A DNA stretch of 64,000 bases. Source: Spirochaetaceae bacterium. GTDB lineage: Bacteria; Spirochaetota; Spirochaetia; DSM-2461. The translations under genes were made by a program, and so were the position numbers. The stretch spans positions 768,001-832,000 of the forward strand of contig OZ245056.1 of assembly GCA_965224705.1 (NCBI GenBank). Reading direction: 5' to 3'. The notes beneath the pieces are model-generated. The model ran no database searches. It saw only the letters and a program-made list of their open reading frames with translations, and had not been told where the DNA came from. Positions 28,920 through 39,698 of the stretch are shown piece after piece (position 1 is the stretch's first letter; every line of letters starts with the position of its first letter).

Positions 28920-30781
28920 GCATGCCGGAAAAACTGAAATGGAATGACAGAATTGCTCTGGCAGAAGACCTGATCGGCGGCATTTTTCTCTTTGCCCTGG
29001 CCGTTGTACCCGTTGTAGAGATTGTTTTGCGCAGGCTCACAGGATCGGGTTTGGTGTGGTCCTCAGGTTTTCTTCAACACGTTGTTGTATGGGTTGCCTG
29101 GATGGGAGGGATTACAGCCTCTCGGGAAGGCACCCATCTTTCCCTCTCTTCGGTTGATGAAACAAAGAAGCGATATGGTCTTATTATCATTTCAGTTCGC
29201 AACATCAGTGCAGCAGCGATTAACATGGCTTTCGCCGTTGCTTCGGCATCTTTTCTCGTTCTTGGATTTGCTCCCGGTGACAGTGTTGGAGTTCTTCCAA
29301 TAAGATTGATTCTCATCATCCTGCCGCTTGGATATCTTGTGATGGCTGTTTACTCACTGTTTCGTCCCTACCAGAAACCATCTCTCTGGCTGGTCCCAGG
29401 AGGATTGTTGCTGGGTCTTGTTCTTTCCCTGCCCGCTGTAGTCAATCTCCTGGGGGTGGTCTTTACGGATCTTCCATTTGCCCTCTTTGATGCAACCGAT
29501 GCCTGGTACAAAGTATTCGCATGGTTACGATGGCCTCTGATCGTCCTGTTAGTATTTATGGGACTTCATGGCCTGCCCATCTATCTGATGCTGGGCGGTA
29601 CGGCACTTCTTCTCTTCTCAGGAAATTGGGGAGCATTGGAATCCCTGCCGAACGAAGCCTACAACCTGCTGACAGGAAACATGATTCCTGCCATTCCGCT
29701 GTTCACCATTGCCGGGTATTTGCTTTCTGAAAGCTCCTCTGGTAAACGCCTGGTTTATTTTTTCAGGGCCGCATTGGGCTGGCTGCCGGGTGGTTTATCC
29801 GTAGTGGCTGTTATCGCCTGTGCGTACTTTACAACATTTACCGGGGCATCAGGTGTGACTATTCTAGCTCTCGGAGGCTTACTTGCTTCAGTTCTCATAG
29901 AAAGTAAACAGTACGGAAAGGACTTTTCGCAGGGATTGATAACATCTTCCGGCAGTGTCGGCCTGCTCTTTCCACCAGCCCTGCCCATTATCATGTATGG
30001 TGTAACGGCCCAGATCAGCATACTGGACATGTTTCTTGGAGGATTACTTCCAGGTTTGCTTCTTGTACTGGTTATTTCCGGAATGGGAGTCTTCCGGGCG
30101 ATACGAAATAAACCGGAGCGGGTTAGATTTGAAATGCGGGAGTTCAGGCTTGCAGTGAAGGGAGCTGCCGGAGATTTATTGCTACCCGTTGTTTTACTGG
30201 TTTGTTACTTCAGCGGTTTAACCAACGTGGTAGAAACCTCTTCCCTGGCCGTTGTCTACACGATAATTCTTCTTGCAGCGACCCGGGAGTTTACCCATGG
30301 GTTGATTACACGGGTTCTCCGCCGGGGTGTACCGGTTATTGGAGGGGTGCTTGTTATACTGGCCGCAGCCAAGGGCCTGAGTTACTTCATTGTAGACGCA
30401 CAGGTTCCAACTCTGCTGACCGGGTTTTTCAGGGACAATATCTCATCCAGATTCGTTTTTCTCATCCTGCTCAATATTGTGCTGCTGATTACCGGTACGC
30501 TGATGGATATATACTCTGCCATTCTCGTGATCGCACCACTCATTGTACCTCTCGGAGAGCTATATGGTGTCCACCCCGTACAACTGGGAATCATTTTCCT
30601 GGCCAATCTCCAGCTTGGCTATCTCACACCGCCTGTGGGAATGAATCTGTTTCTGGCAAGCTACACATTTAATATACCCATGACAGCGGTGTACAGACAG
30701 GTTGTTCCCTTCCTTCTGGTGCTGTTTGCTGGTGTATTACTTATAACCTATGTGCCCTGGTTCAGCCTTGCCCTTCTTTAG
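28916..30781 (+). CDS. TRAP transporter fused DctQ-DctM permease
   Basis: N-terminal DctQ-like TMs, AIPLF, TGASG, GLLFPP and GYLTPPVGMNLF motifs. Confidence 0.92.
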   Translation: MSMPEKLKWNDRIALAEDLIGGIFLFALAVVPVVEIVLRRLTGSGLVWSSGFLQHVVVWVAWMGGITASREGTHLSLSSVDETKKRYGLIIISVRNISAAAINMAFAVASASFLVLGFAPGDSVGVLPIRLILIILPLGYLVMAVYSLFRPYQKPSLWLVPGGLLLGLVLSLPAVVNLLGVVFTDLPFALFDATDAWYKVFAWLRWPLIVLLVFMGLHGLPIYLMLGGTALLLFSGNWGALESLPNEAYNLLTGNMIPAIPLFTIAGYLLSESSSGKRLVYFFRAALGWLPGGLSVVAVIACAYFTTFTGASGVTILALGGLLASVLIESKQYGKDFSQGLITSSGSVGLLFPPALPIIMYGVTAQISILDMFLGGLLPGLLLVLVISGMGVFRAIRNKPERVRFEMREFRLAVKGAAGDLLLPVVLLVCYFSGLTNVVETSSLAVVYTIILLAATREFTHGLITRVLRRGVPVIGGVLVILAAAKGLSYFIVDAQVPTLLTGFFRDNISSRFVFLILLNIVLLITGTLMDIYSAILVIAPLIVPLGELYGVHPVQLGIIFLANLQLGYLTPPVGMNLFLASYTFNIPMTAVYRQVVPFLLVLFAGVLLITYVPWFSLALL

Positions 30782-30794
30782 GAGCAGTTTCGGA

Positions 30795-31067
30795 GTGGAA
30801 GCAAGAAAATACATTGTTACAGGCCGGGTACAGGGAGTTGGGTTTCGATGGTTCGTAAGACGGCATGCTCATACCCTTGGAATAAATGGCTGGGTAAGAA
30901 ATAACAGGGATGGATCGGTTGAAATATGGGCTGAAGCATTGAAGGTCAAATTGGAGCAATTTGAATCCCTGCTGAGGAAAGGCCCTCCTGGGGCTGTTGT
31001 GCGAAGTGTTGAGGGCGTCAATGCTGCTGCTGTTCACGATTACAAGGGGTTCGATATTGCTTTTTAG
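30795..31067 (+). CDS. acyP: Acylphosphatase
   Basis: GRVQGVGFR and GWVRN..DGSVE motifs; GTG at 30795. Confidence 0.93.
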   Translation: MEARKYIVTGRVQGVGFRWFVRRHAHTLGINGWVRNNRDGSVEIWAEALKVKLEQFESLLRKGPPGAVVRSVEGVNAAAVHDYKGFDIAF

Positions 31068-31132
31068 CAGCCTTCCAGCAGAGATATCTTCCTGCGCCTC
31101 GTCACACTGAGAGCTGCGGGTGGACGATGGAA

Positions 31133-34003
31133 TTATTTACCGCCGCCCTGCTTTTCATCGACAGGATACAACACAAAATGGAAATAGATCTCATCATTGA
31201 AATACTTCGCCGCTGTTTCCATAAGAACTTCAGAGGTTAAACTGTCATAGAGTTCTACCCGGCTGCGAACCAACTCCTGGGGATCAACTTCTGAACGAAT
31301 ACCGAAGACTATTTGATTCATCCACCAGGTATTCCTCGCAAGATTCTCCTTGTAGTTTCTACGCTGCATTGCTGTTATATCTTCCGCAAGTTTAGATTCA
31401 GGCGGCCGCATCTGCCAGTCTTCAATGACCTCTTTGACCCTGTTCGATAACTCATCCACTCTCTCCGGATCACAGGAATAGGAAATCATGTAATTATACT
31501 GCTTCGCCGGTATGGTTTTCGCATTCAGAGTTACTCCTATCGAATAAGTACCGCCGTACTCCTCCCGGATAATTCTGGTCAAATGCATTTCCAATGCCGT
31601 TGTAAGTGAACTCATACGATACCACTCTGAGAATTCACCATTCCAGGCTCCACTCCAACTCTGGCTTACAATACTCAAAGGTTCAGTACCGGCTTCCAGT
31701 GTTTTTTCCCCTGATTCGGTAAAAAACCGCACGTTTCTGTCCTCCCAGGATTCAGCGGGTTCCTGAATCGGCAGATCAGCCAGCCAGTTAACAATGTAGG
31801 ATTCCAGAATGTCAGGTTCAAAGTCTCCAACAAAAATATAGGTGAAATCTCCGCCAGCATTAAACCGTTCATTATAGATGGTAAGAACCTCATTCAAATC
31901 CGCATCAGACAAATCTTCAAGGCTGAGGGGTTTGATACGGAAATGATTATTGTGCAATGTTGTCCACAGCTCATCGTAATACAGTATTCGGGGAGAAAGC
32001 TCACGGTTTTTGATGGAATCCGTCACCCGGTTCATCAAATTTTTCCATGCAACTTCATCCAGGCGGGGAGAAGTATGCGCCAGATAGATGAGTTGGAAGA
32101 GAGACTCCAGGTCTTCTTCAGTAGAATATCCCTGCATTCCCTCGAATTCCCTGTATAAACCGACCTGGAGTGAGACATCCTTACCGGTGAGGATTCTATG
32201 AAGATCCGACGGTGAATGGTTTCCAAGTCCGCCCTCCTCAACGGCATCTGAAACAAACTGTGATGAGATGTATAGGTCATCTTCAACCAGAGAAGAACCG
32301 CCGACACTGATGGATTCAAACAGGATTTCATCCTGTACAAAATCAGTGACTTTGTACAAAACTCTGGCGTTATTCGAGAGTATAAGAGTCACAATGTCTG
32401 TTCCCGGAATGGTGCCTCGTGAAATAATGCGGCCGGATTTCGGTGGATTCTCCACCAGGGGGCCGGAAACGGTTTTTTCAGTCCAGGCCGCCAATTCCAT
32501 GGATTCAACGTCCTGGAGAATCTGACGAAGGTCTTCCTCCTGAATACTGGTAACAGCCTCTGTTGATGGTCCTGTTACATAGACGACCCGGTTTGAGGGA
32601 TTCAGGAGTACTCTGGTCCTTTCACCAACTTCTTCCAGAGTAATCAGGGGCAGGAAATCCTGTACGGATTTCCATTGCCAATCAATGGAGGGATAGGGAT
32701 CTCCATACGTGAATGCTTCAATGTAACTGTTCACACGAAAGGCTGATTCACGATCGTTACGCTTCTTCCAGAAGTTTTCAGTCATGCTGAACATGTTTGT
32801 TTTTGCTCTCTCCAGTTCAGAAGGGAGGAAGCCATATTTTCGTACACGTTCTACTTCCATAAGAAGTCCCTGAAACCCTTCCATTACCCCATCCTCATTA
32901 ACAGAGGCACTCATCGAAGAAAATGTCGTATCTGCTGTGTAAGGATATGCAAATGCCCAGCCGCGAAGGAAGGGAGGATTCTCATTCCTGCTCACTTCCT
33001 CCAATCTCTGCTGCAGCATTGAGTAAAAGAGTTCTTCTATCAGATTCTCCTTAAAGTCTATTCGATTGATTGCGGGGATGGGATCATGCTTCACATGCAG
33101 GGTGACGTTGGTCTCTGTTTCCTCATCGTCATGAATCACTTTTATGAGTGTTTCCTCGTGGCGGGCTATTGGGTAGATCGGTCTTGGCCGGGGATTGGGT
33201 GTACCCGGCTGACGATTGAAGAGATTTTGTATTTTTTCGACTGTTTCATCGGCATCAAAATCACCGACAGCGATGACGGCCATCAAATCAGGTCTGTACC
33301 AATCCCTGTAATAACGTTTCAGGTCTGACAATGAGGCATTGAGCACCACATCCATGTCTCCAATCGGCAATCGTTCGGCATGTCTGGAACCCTTAAACAG
33401 GATGGGAAATATCTGATTACTTATCCTCGAATACGCACCACGGCTTCCCCTCCATTCTTCGTAAACAACAGCCCGTTCTTTTTCAAGCTCTTCTTCATCA
33501 AGCGTTGCATGGAAGGCCCATTCTTTGAGTACATCCAATCCACGGGTGAATACTTCCTCATCTTCAGTCGGTACGGACAGTCTATAGACAGTATTATCAA
33601 AGGATGTGTAGGCATTGAGATCAGGACCGAACTCCATACCAAGAGACTCAAGAAAATCAATCAACTCGTTGGCGGGATATTTCTCGGTTCCGTTAAAAAG
33701 CATGTGTTCCAGCAGATGAGCAAGTCCCAACTGAGTCTCATCCTCTAAAACCGACCCTGCTTTTATAACCAGCCGAAGTTCGGCTGTACCGGAGGGTTTG
33801 TCGTTGGAACAGACATAGTAGGTAAGGCCATTGTCCAGAGTTCCATAGCGTACATCCGGGTCATTTATAATGAGATCGGCATAATCAGCCAGATCGGATT
33901 TCTGTTCTGATTCGGGTTGTGCCCGGGCAGAACTCAATGCTGCCGCCAGGGTAAGTACGGCCAGTATTCCAAGAATACGGGGTAAAACAGCTGTAAAAGT
34001 CAT
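31133..34003 (-). CDS. M16 family zinc protease (PqqL-like), exported
   Basis: HLLEH inverted zinc motif, LDNGL, NAYTSFD and WYRPD; signal peptide. Confidence 0.92.
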   Translation of the reverse strand: MTFTAVLPRILGILAVLTLAAALSSARAQPESEQKSDLADYADLIINDPDVRYGTLDNGLTYYVCSNDKPSGTAELRLVIKAGSVLEDETQLGLAHLLEHMLFNGTEKYPANELIDFLESLGMEFGPDLNAYTSFDNTVYRLSVPTEDEEVFTRGLDVLKEWAFHATLDEEELEKERAVVYEEWRGSRGAYSRISNQIFPILFKGSRHAERLPIGDMDVVLNASLSDLKRYYRDWYRPDLMAVIAVGDFDADETVEKIQNLFNRQPGTPNPRPRPIYPIARHEETLIKVIHDDEETETNVTLHVKHDPIPAINRIDFKENLIEELFYSMLQQRLEEVSRNENPPFLRGWAFAYPYTADTTFSSMSASVNEDGVMEGFQGLLMEVERVRKYGFLPSELERAKTNMFSMTENFWKKRNDRESAFRVNSYIEAFTYGDPYPSIDWQWKSVQDFLPLITLEEVGERTRVLLNPSNRVVYVTGPSTEAVTSIQEEDLRQILQDVESMELAAWTEKTVSGPLVENPPKSGRIISRGTIPGTDIVTLILSNNARVLYKVTDFVQDEILFESISVGGSSLVEDDLYISSQFVSDAVEEGGLGNHSPSDLHRILTGKDVSLQVGLYREFEGMQGYSTEEDLESLFQLIYLAHTSPRLDEVAWKNLMNRVTDSIKNRELSPRILYYDELWTTLHNNHFRIKPLSLEDLSDADLNEVLTIYNERFNAGGDFTYIFVGDFEPDILESYIVNWLADLPIQEPAESWEDRNVRFFTESGEKTLEAGTEPLSIVSQSWSGAWNGEFSEWYRMSSLTTALEMHLTRIIREEYGGTYSIGVTLNAKTIPAKQYNYMISYSCDPERVDELSNRVKEVIEDWQMRPPESKLAEDITAMQRRNYKENLARNTWWMNQIVFGIRSEVDPQELVRSRVELYDSLTSEVLMETAAKYFNDEIYFHFVLYPVDEKQGGGK

Positions 34004-34034
34004 GGAGGAATACTAGTGCTGAATCATGCATTGA

Positions 34035-35651
34035 TCAAGTATCAAGCACCGGGAAAAATGCCGTACGGAGGAGTTTTTGCGTGTAGGGATGCTGTGGACT
34101 GGTAAAAATGCGGCTTGCAGAACCAGTTTCCACAATTTTGCCATCTTTCATCACAGCAACGGTATGGCAGAGGCTGCGGACAACAGCCATGTCATGGCTT
34201 ATAAATATGTAGGTAAGTCCTTTACTTTCCTGGAGTTCCCTGAGCAGAGCCATCACCTGGAATTGTACGGTTCTATCCAGGGAGGAAGTTGGTTCATCCA
34301 GTATAAGAAGCTGTGGTTCCAGAACCAGAGCTCGAGCCAGGGCAATACGCTGCCGCTGACCGCCGGAAAACTGATTGGGGTAGCGATTACGGAGTTCAGG
34401 ATCCAGACCAACTTCTTCCATGGCTTTGATAATCATGGCCTCCCTGTCTGATTTATCGCCAATTCTGTGAATTCCCAATCCCTCGCCGATAATGCTCTCC
34501 GCTGTCATTCTTGGACTCAAGGAACCATAGGGATCCTGGAAGATAATCTGGATGTGCCGCCGGAGGGGTCGTAGGGCTCCAGGATCCAGATCCGATATGG
34601 CCGAGCCGTCAAAGATGATACTTCCTTCACTGTTTTCAAGCCTGAGAAGGGCCTTGCCCAGAGTTGTTTTTCCCGACCCGCTCTCGCCAACCACACCCAG
34701 GGTTTGCCCCTGCTGGACATGGGCACTCACACAATCAACGGCCTTCACAAAGCCGATGGTACGGCGGAAAAAGCCTCGCTGGATTGGGAAATGAACTTTG
34801 AGATTCCGGAACTCCATCAGAGAAGATGCTTTTTCATCGGATTCAGGAGATTGTTCTCCGGGTTCGGTTTCCAATAGAGTTTTTGTGTACTCATGGGCAG
34901 GGGAAGAAAATAGATCTTCCGTCAGCCCTTCTTCCACGATGTACCCATCCTTCATCACCGCCATCCGTTCCGCAAATCTTTTCACAATGCCTAAATCATG
35001 AGTAATAAAGAGAATGGCCATACCCGTTTCCTTCTGTAGTTTTTTGATCAGCAGGAGCACTTCCGCCTGGATGGTTACATCCAGTGCCGTGGTTGGTTCA
35101 TCGGCGATGAGAAGTTTCGGATGGTTTATCATGGCCAGAGCAATCATGACACGCTGGCGTTCTCCTCCGGAGAGTTGATGGGGATAGGCATTGAGACGTT
35201 TTTCCGCATCTCTCAAACCAACGTGTTTCAGCCAGTCCAGTGCAATGGGTGTGGCCTGGGCCGAATCAAGATTCTGGTGGAGAGCCAGAGGCTCGGTCAA
35301 CTGTTTTTTCATTGTATGAAGGGGGTTGAGGGATGTGAGGGGCTCCTGGAAGATTGTTCCAATGGCCGAACCTCGAAGAGATCGCAGATGGGATTCACTG
35401 GCATCCAGTATTGAGGTACCGTCAAAGTTGATGCTGCCGCCAGTATACCCAACTAATTCTTCTGGATACAGCCGGAGAACGGACAGAGCTGTTACGGTTT
35501 TGCCGCTTCCACTCTCACCCACCAGGGCCAGGGTTTTGCCGGAAGCAAGATTCAGGTTAACGCCATGGATAACTTCGTTTATTCTATCATCCTTGCGAAA
35601 TCCAGCACGAAGATCGCGGATCTCCAGTAGATCAGTTTTTTCAGAATTCAT
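34035..35651 (-). CDS. yejF: Peptide ABC transporter double ATPase (YejF-like)
   Basis: Two GESGSGKT Walker A motifs with LSGGERQR and FSGGQRQR signatures. Confidence 0.88.
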   Translation of the reverse strand: MNSEKTDLLEIRDLRAGFRKDDRINEVIHGVNLNLASGKTLALVGESGSGKTVTALSVLRLYPEELVGYTGGSINFDGTSILDASESHLRSLRGSAIGTIFQEPLTSLNPLHTMKKQLTEPLALHQNLDSAQATPIALDWLKHVGLRDAEKRLNAYPHQLSGGERQRVMIALAMINHPKLLIADEPTTALDVTIQAEVLLLIKKLQKETGMAILFITHDLGIVKRFAERMAVMKDGYIVEEGLTEDLFSSPAHEYTKTLLETEPGEQSPESDEKASSLMEFRNLKVHFPIQRGFFRRTIGFVKAVDCVSAHVQQGQTLGVVGESGSGKTTLGKALLRLENSEGSIIFDGSAISDLDPGALRPLRRHIQIIFQDPYGSLSPRMTAESIIGEGLGIHRIGDKSDREAMIIKAMEEVGLDPELRNRYPNQFSGGQRQRIALARALVLEPQLLILDEPTSSLDRTVQFQVMALLRELQESKGLTYIFISHDMAVVRSLCHTVAVMKDGKIVETGSASRIFTSPQHPYTQKLLRTAFFPVLDT

Positions 35652-36667
35652 CAGGATGCCTTCCGGGGATCGAATGCATCCCGTACCGCTTCACCGGTGA
35701 ATACAAGCAGGGAAAGAATAAGGGCCAGTACGATGAAGGTCGATATACCAAGCCATGGTGCCTGAAGATTCGCCTTGGCCTGGGCCAGAAGGCCTCCAAG
35801 GGATGGTGACCCCGGAGGCAGGCCGAAACCAAGAAAATCAAGAGCCGTTATGGAAGTAATGGCTCTGCTCAGGGTAAAAGGGGCAAAGGTAAGTGTGGCG
35901 GCCATGGCATTGGGAAGTATGTGAAAATAGATAATTCTGCTGTCAGAGAGACCCATCGCTTTGGCCGCCAGAACATACTCAAAGTTTCGTACCCGGAGAA
36001 ATTCAGCCCTGACGACACCGACGAATCCCATCCAGCTGAAAAGAAGGAGTATGCCCAGCAGCCACCAGAAATTGGGCTGTACCACACTCGATAATATGAT
36101 GAGGATGAAGAGTGTGGGCAAACTCCCCCACACTTCAATAAAACGCTGGCCCAGAATGTCTATTTTTCCCCCATAGTATCCCATGACAGCCCCCACTGAT
36201 ACACCGGCTATGGCTGAAAATATAGTGAGGGTCAGTCCAAAAATGACGGAGAGACGGAAACTGTAAATGGTTTGGGCAAGTACATCCCGGCCTCTGTCGT
36301 CAGTGCCCAGGAGGTTTTCAGCTGTTGGAGGAGATGGAGCCGGACTGGGCAGGTTGTAGTTGATTGTATTGTAGCTGAACCGGATGGGCGGCCAGATCAT
36401 CCACCCATGAGAATTGATAAGGCTGGCAACAAAAGGATCACGATAGTCAGCAGAAGTCTCAAAGACTCCGCCAAAAGTAGTTTCAGGATAGTCAATAAAG
36501 ATGGGCAGATAAAACCGCCCCTGATACCTGAGAAGGATGGGGTTCTCATTGGCCAGAAATTCGGCAAACAGAGTGATAAAAAACAGAATTCCGAAAATTC
36601 TGGCTGAAACAGATCCAAGTTTGTTCCGTTTGAATCGCCTGAGACGTTCGGCCATGAGTGCATTCAT
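35651..36667 (-). CDS. yejE: Peptide ABC permease (YejE-like)
   Basis: YPETTFGG...DY.DP and LGTDDRGRDV motifs; ATG at 36667. Confidence 0.88.
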   Translation of the reverse strand: MNALMAERLRRFKRNKLGSVSARIFGILFFITLFAEFLANENPILLRYQGRFYLPIFIDYPETTFGGVFETSADYRDPFVASLINSHGWMIWPPIRFSYNTINYNLPSPAPSPPTAENLLGTDDRGRDVLAQTIYSFRLSVIFGLTLTIFSAIAGVSVGAVMGYYGGKIDILGQRFIEVWGSLPTLFILIILSSVVQPNFWWLLGILLLFSWMGFVGVVRAEFLRVRNFEYVLAAKAMGLSDSRIIYFHILPNAMAATLTFAPFTLSRAITSITALDFLGFGLPPGSPSLGGLLAQAKANLQAPWLGISTFIVLALILSLLVFTGEAVRDAFDPRKAS

Positions 36668-36668
36668 T

Positions 36669-37769
36669 CTAAATGGACCTCCTCTCAAAATCGATTCTGG
36701 GATCCACAACCGTGTACATGAGATCGGAAACAAGGCCCATGACCAGGCCCAGCAGTGTCGAGATGTACAGGGTACCGAACATCACCGGGTAATCCCTCTG
36801 CATCACCGCTTCAAATCCAAGAAGTCCTATTCCATTGAGTGAGAATATAGTTTCGATAATGACAGATGAAGTAAACAGCATGGAGATGAAGGCCCCGGGA
36901 AATCCTGCAATGATGATGAGCATGGCATTTCGAAACACATGTCCAATCAATATCCCGTGCTCGGTTAACCCCTTGGATCGTGCGGTCATGACATACTGCT
37001 TGCCGATTTCATTCATAAATGAGTTCTTGGTGAGCAGGGTAAGGGATGCGAATCCGCCAATGAGCATGGCAGAGAGTGGAAGAACCAGATGCCGGAAGTA
37101 ATCAAGAATTTTCATCCCGAAGCTCAAATCTTTCCAGTTGGAGGAGACCAGTCCTCTGAGTGGAAAAATGGAGAGGAACGATCCGCCGGCAAAGAAAACA
37201 ATGAGAAGGATGGCAAACAGAAATGATGGTATGGCATTCCCGAAGATGACGATGGCACTGCTCCAGCGGTCAAACGGCGATCCGTCCCTGACAGCCTTGT
37301 ATATGCCCAGGGGAATTGAAATCAGATAGACAAGAAGAGTTGTCCATAGCCCCAGGGAAATGGATACCGGCATGCGTTCAAGTATGAGTCTGATCACTGA
37401 CTGTGCTTTGAAAAGGCTGTCTCCGAAATCAAAGCTGATGTAATCCCGAAGCATTTGAAAGTAACGGATGTGCAGAGGCTTATCAAAACCGTACTGCTTT
37501 TCAATGGCTGCGATGATCTCCGGGTCAAGTCCCCGTGCACCCCGGTATTGACTCATGGGCTGGGTTTCGCTGTCTGCCGTGCCGGATTCATTCTGCCCGA
37601 TGCCGGATATGCGTTCCATGGCCATGTTGGATGTTATTCCCTGGGCCTTTGCGATGGCCTGTTCCACAGGTCCGCCCGGGGCAACCTGGACGATGAAGAA
37701 ATTGATTGTAATAACAGCCCAGAGAGTGGGAACTATTAACAGCAGCCGACGAAGGATGTACGATCCCAA
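36669..37769 (-). CDS. yejB: Peptide ABC permease (YejB-like)
   Basis: [23 protein letters not shown] and HVFRNAML motifs. Confidence 0.9.
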   Translation of the reverse strand: MGSYILRRLLLIVPTLWAVITINFFIVQVAPGGPVEQAIAKAQGITSNMAMERISGIGQNESGTADSETQPMSQYRGARGLDPEIIAAIEKQYGFDKPLHIRYFQMLRDYISFDFGDSLFKAQSVIRLILERMPVSISLGLWTTLLVYLISIPLGIYKAVRDGSPFDRWSSAIVIFGNAIPSFLFAILLIVFFAGGSFLSIFPLRGLVSSNWKDLSFGMKILDYFRHLVLPLSAMLIGGFASLTLLTKNSFMNEIGKQYVMTARSKGLTEHGILIGHVFRNAMLIIIAGFPGAFISMLFTSSVIIETIFSLNGIGLLGFEAVMQRDYPVMFGTLYISTLLGLVMGLVSDLMYTVVDPRIDFERRSI

Positions 37770-37781
37770 ATCAGCTTCCTG

Positions 37782-39683
37782 TTATCGTGATGGAAGACGA
37801 GCTTCTTTTTCCTCATCTATCCACCAGGTGGAGAGTCCATTGCTGTACCGGGGTTTTACGGCGGGCCTGTCAAACATATCCCAGAAGGCAACTCTGGTGG
37901 TGGAGGAATACCATTGAAATATGCCGTAGTGATTCCACTGCAGCACTCGATCAAAGGCTCTGCCCCAATGGACAAGTGCAGCGTTATCATTTTGATGTTC
38001 AACAATGCCTTCAACCAGATAATCCACTGCGGAATCTGTTACACCGGAGTGATTGTAAGTGCTGTCAATATAATCGGAATGCCATCTGAGTTTCAGACTG
38101 GAGTCAGGAAAGAATTCCCCCGAGAACGGGAATGTAATCATATCGTAATCCAGATTATGCAGACGATTGAGATACTGAGTTGTATCCACAAGACGGAGTT
38201 GGAGATCCACACCAATCTTTTTAAGGTTTTCCTGATAAGTTACTGCAATGCGTTCGTTGGAGGGACTGTACACAAGGAATTCCAATGCAAGGGGCTCATC
38301 AGTCTCAGCATTCACCATTTTCTGATCTTTTATTATCCAGCCCGCATCGGCCAGTAAATCCAGGGCCCGGGCTATGTGACTGCGGATATTGCCTGATCCA
38401 TCCGTTTTGGGAGGCTGGTATTCCTGTGTAAACACCCTGGGGGGAATCGCATTCCGAATCGGTGAGAGGATTTCCACTTCTTCCGGTGATGGGGTGCCCA
38501 TGGCTTCAAAGGGAGTGTTCTGGAAGTAGCTGCGGGTTCGTGTGTATTGGCTGTAGAAGAGATTTTTGTTCAGCCACTCAAAGTCCATCATCAGCCCCAG
38601 AGCTTCACGAACCTGCCTGTCCTGCAGCTGCTCTTTTTGAATATTGAAAATGTATCGCCGGATGGTGGGGGGGGATTCATCAGACAACTCTTCTTTTTTG
38701 ATATACCCCGCATCGAAATTGGGCCCGGTGTATTGGGTGGCCCATTGCTTGGAGACGCCTTCCACCCGAAGGTCAATCTTACCTGCTTTCAATGCCTCGA
38801 GTTTGACCACGTCATCACGATACATGTCATAACGAATATAATCAAAGTTCTGTGTTCCTTTGATGGCTGGTATATTCATCGCCCAGTAATCCTTGAGCCG
38901 TTCATACACAACATACTGACCCATGGCATAATCGGACACGATGTAGGCTCCGCTGCCTGAAGGCGGTTCCCTGAGCGGCTCGGACAAATCTCTTCCTTCC
39001 CAGTAGCGGGGAGACAGAATTATCAGCTGTCCAAGGGAGATGAGCATTTCTTTGTCACCGCTGGTGAGTGTGAATTTCACTCGTAATTCATCCAGTGCCT
39101 CGACGGATGAAATATTGGCGTAGTAGGTTTTGAACTGGGGGACTCCTTCGTCCATGAATTTATTGAATGAGAAAACCACATCATCAGCCGTAATAGACTG
39201 ACCATCCTGATGTCTGGCTTCCTGTCGAATATGAAAAGTTATCCAGGAGTAATCCGGAGGATATTCCATCTTTTCCGCAATAAGCCCATAGTACACTTCC
39301 ACTTCATCCAGGCTCATTGTTGTTAAGGTGTCATAAAACAGGGAAGAACTGGGTGCCGACTCTCCCCGCTGGGCATAACGGTTGAAGCTGCCGAAGGTGC
39401 CGGTACCGGCCATCACAATAGTTCCGCCTTTGGGAGCTTCGGGATTAACATATTCAAAATGAGTAAAATCCGGCGGGTACTTTGGCTCACTTCTCTGTGA
39501 TATGGCATGGGTAACAACAACGCCGTCAGCGTTCAATTTCTCCACGGGATTGGGAGGAACCGTTCGATTGGATACATCCTCCACCGGGGAGGCATTTTCT
39601 ACTTCGGGACGGGCATTTTCGCCGGGGCCGCAGGAGGTCAGCAAAATCAGACTGATAAACAGGCTGAATAAACGGTATTTCAT
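37782..39683 (-). CDS. yejA: Peptide ABC substrate-binding lipoprotein (YejA-like)
   Basis: Lipobox LTSC, PKYPPDFTHFEYVNPEAPKGG and DFEWLNKNLFY motifs. Confidence 0.88.
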   Translation of the reverse strand: MKYRLFSLFISLILLTSCGPGENARPEVENASPVEDVSNRTVPPNPVEKLNADGVVVTHAISQRSEPKYPPDFTHFEYVNPEAPKGGTIVMAGTGTFGSFNRYAQRGESAPSSSLFYDTLTTMSLDEVEVYYGLIAEKMEYPPDYSWITFHIRQEARHQDGQSITADDVVFSFNKFMDEGVPQFKTYYANISSVEALDELRVKFTLTSGDKEMLISLGQLIILSPRYWEGRDLSEPLREPPSGSGAYIVSDYAMGQYVVYERLKDYWAMNIPAIKGTQNFDYIRYDMYRDDVVKLEALKAGKIDLRVEGVSKQWATQYTGPNFDAGYIKKEELSDESPPTIRRYIFNIQKEQLQDRQVREALGLMMDFEWLNKNLFYSQYTRTRSYFQNTPFEAMGTPSPEEVEILSPIRNAIPPRVFTQEYQPPKTDGSGNIRSHIARALDLLADAGWIIKDQKMVNAETDEPLALEFLVYSPSNERIAVTYQENLKKIGVDLQLRLVDTTQYLNRLHNLDYDMITFPFSGEFFPDSSLKLRWHSDYIDSTYNHSGVTDSAVDYLVEGIVEHQNDNAALVHWGRAFDRVLQWNHYGIFQWYSSTTRVAFWDMFDRPAVKPRYSNGLSTWWIDEEKEARLPSR

Positions 39684-39698
39684 AAGACTCCTCAGGTT

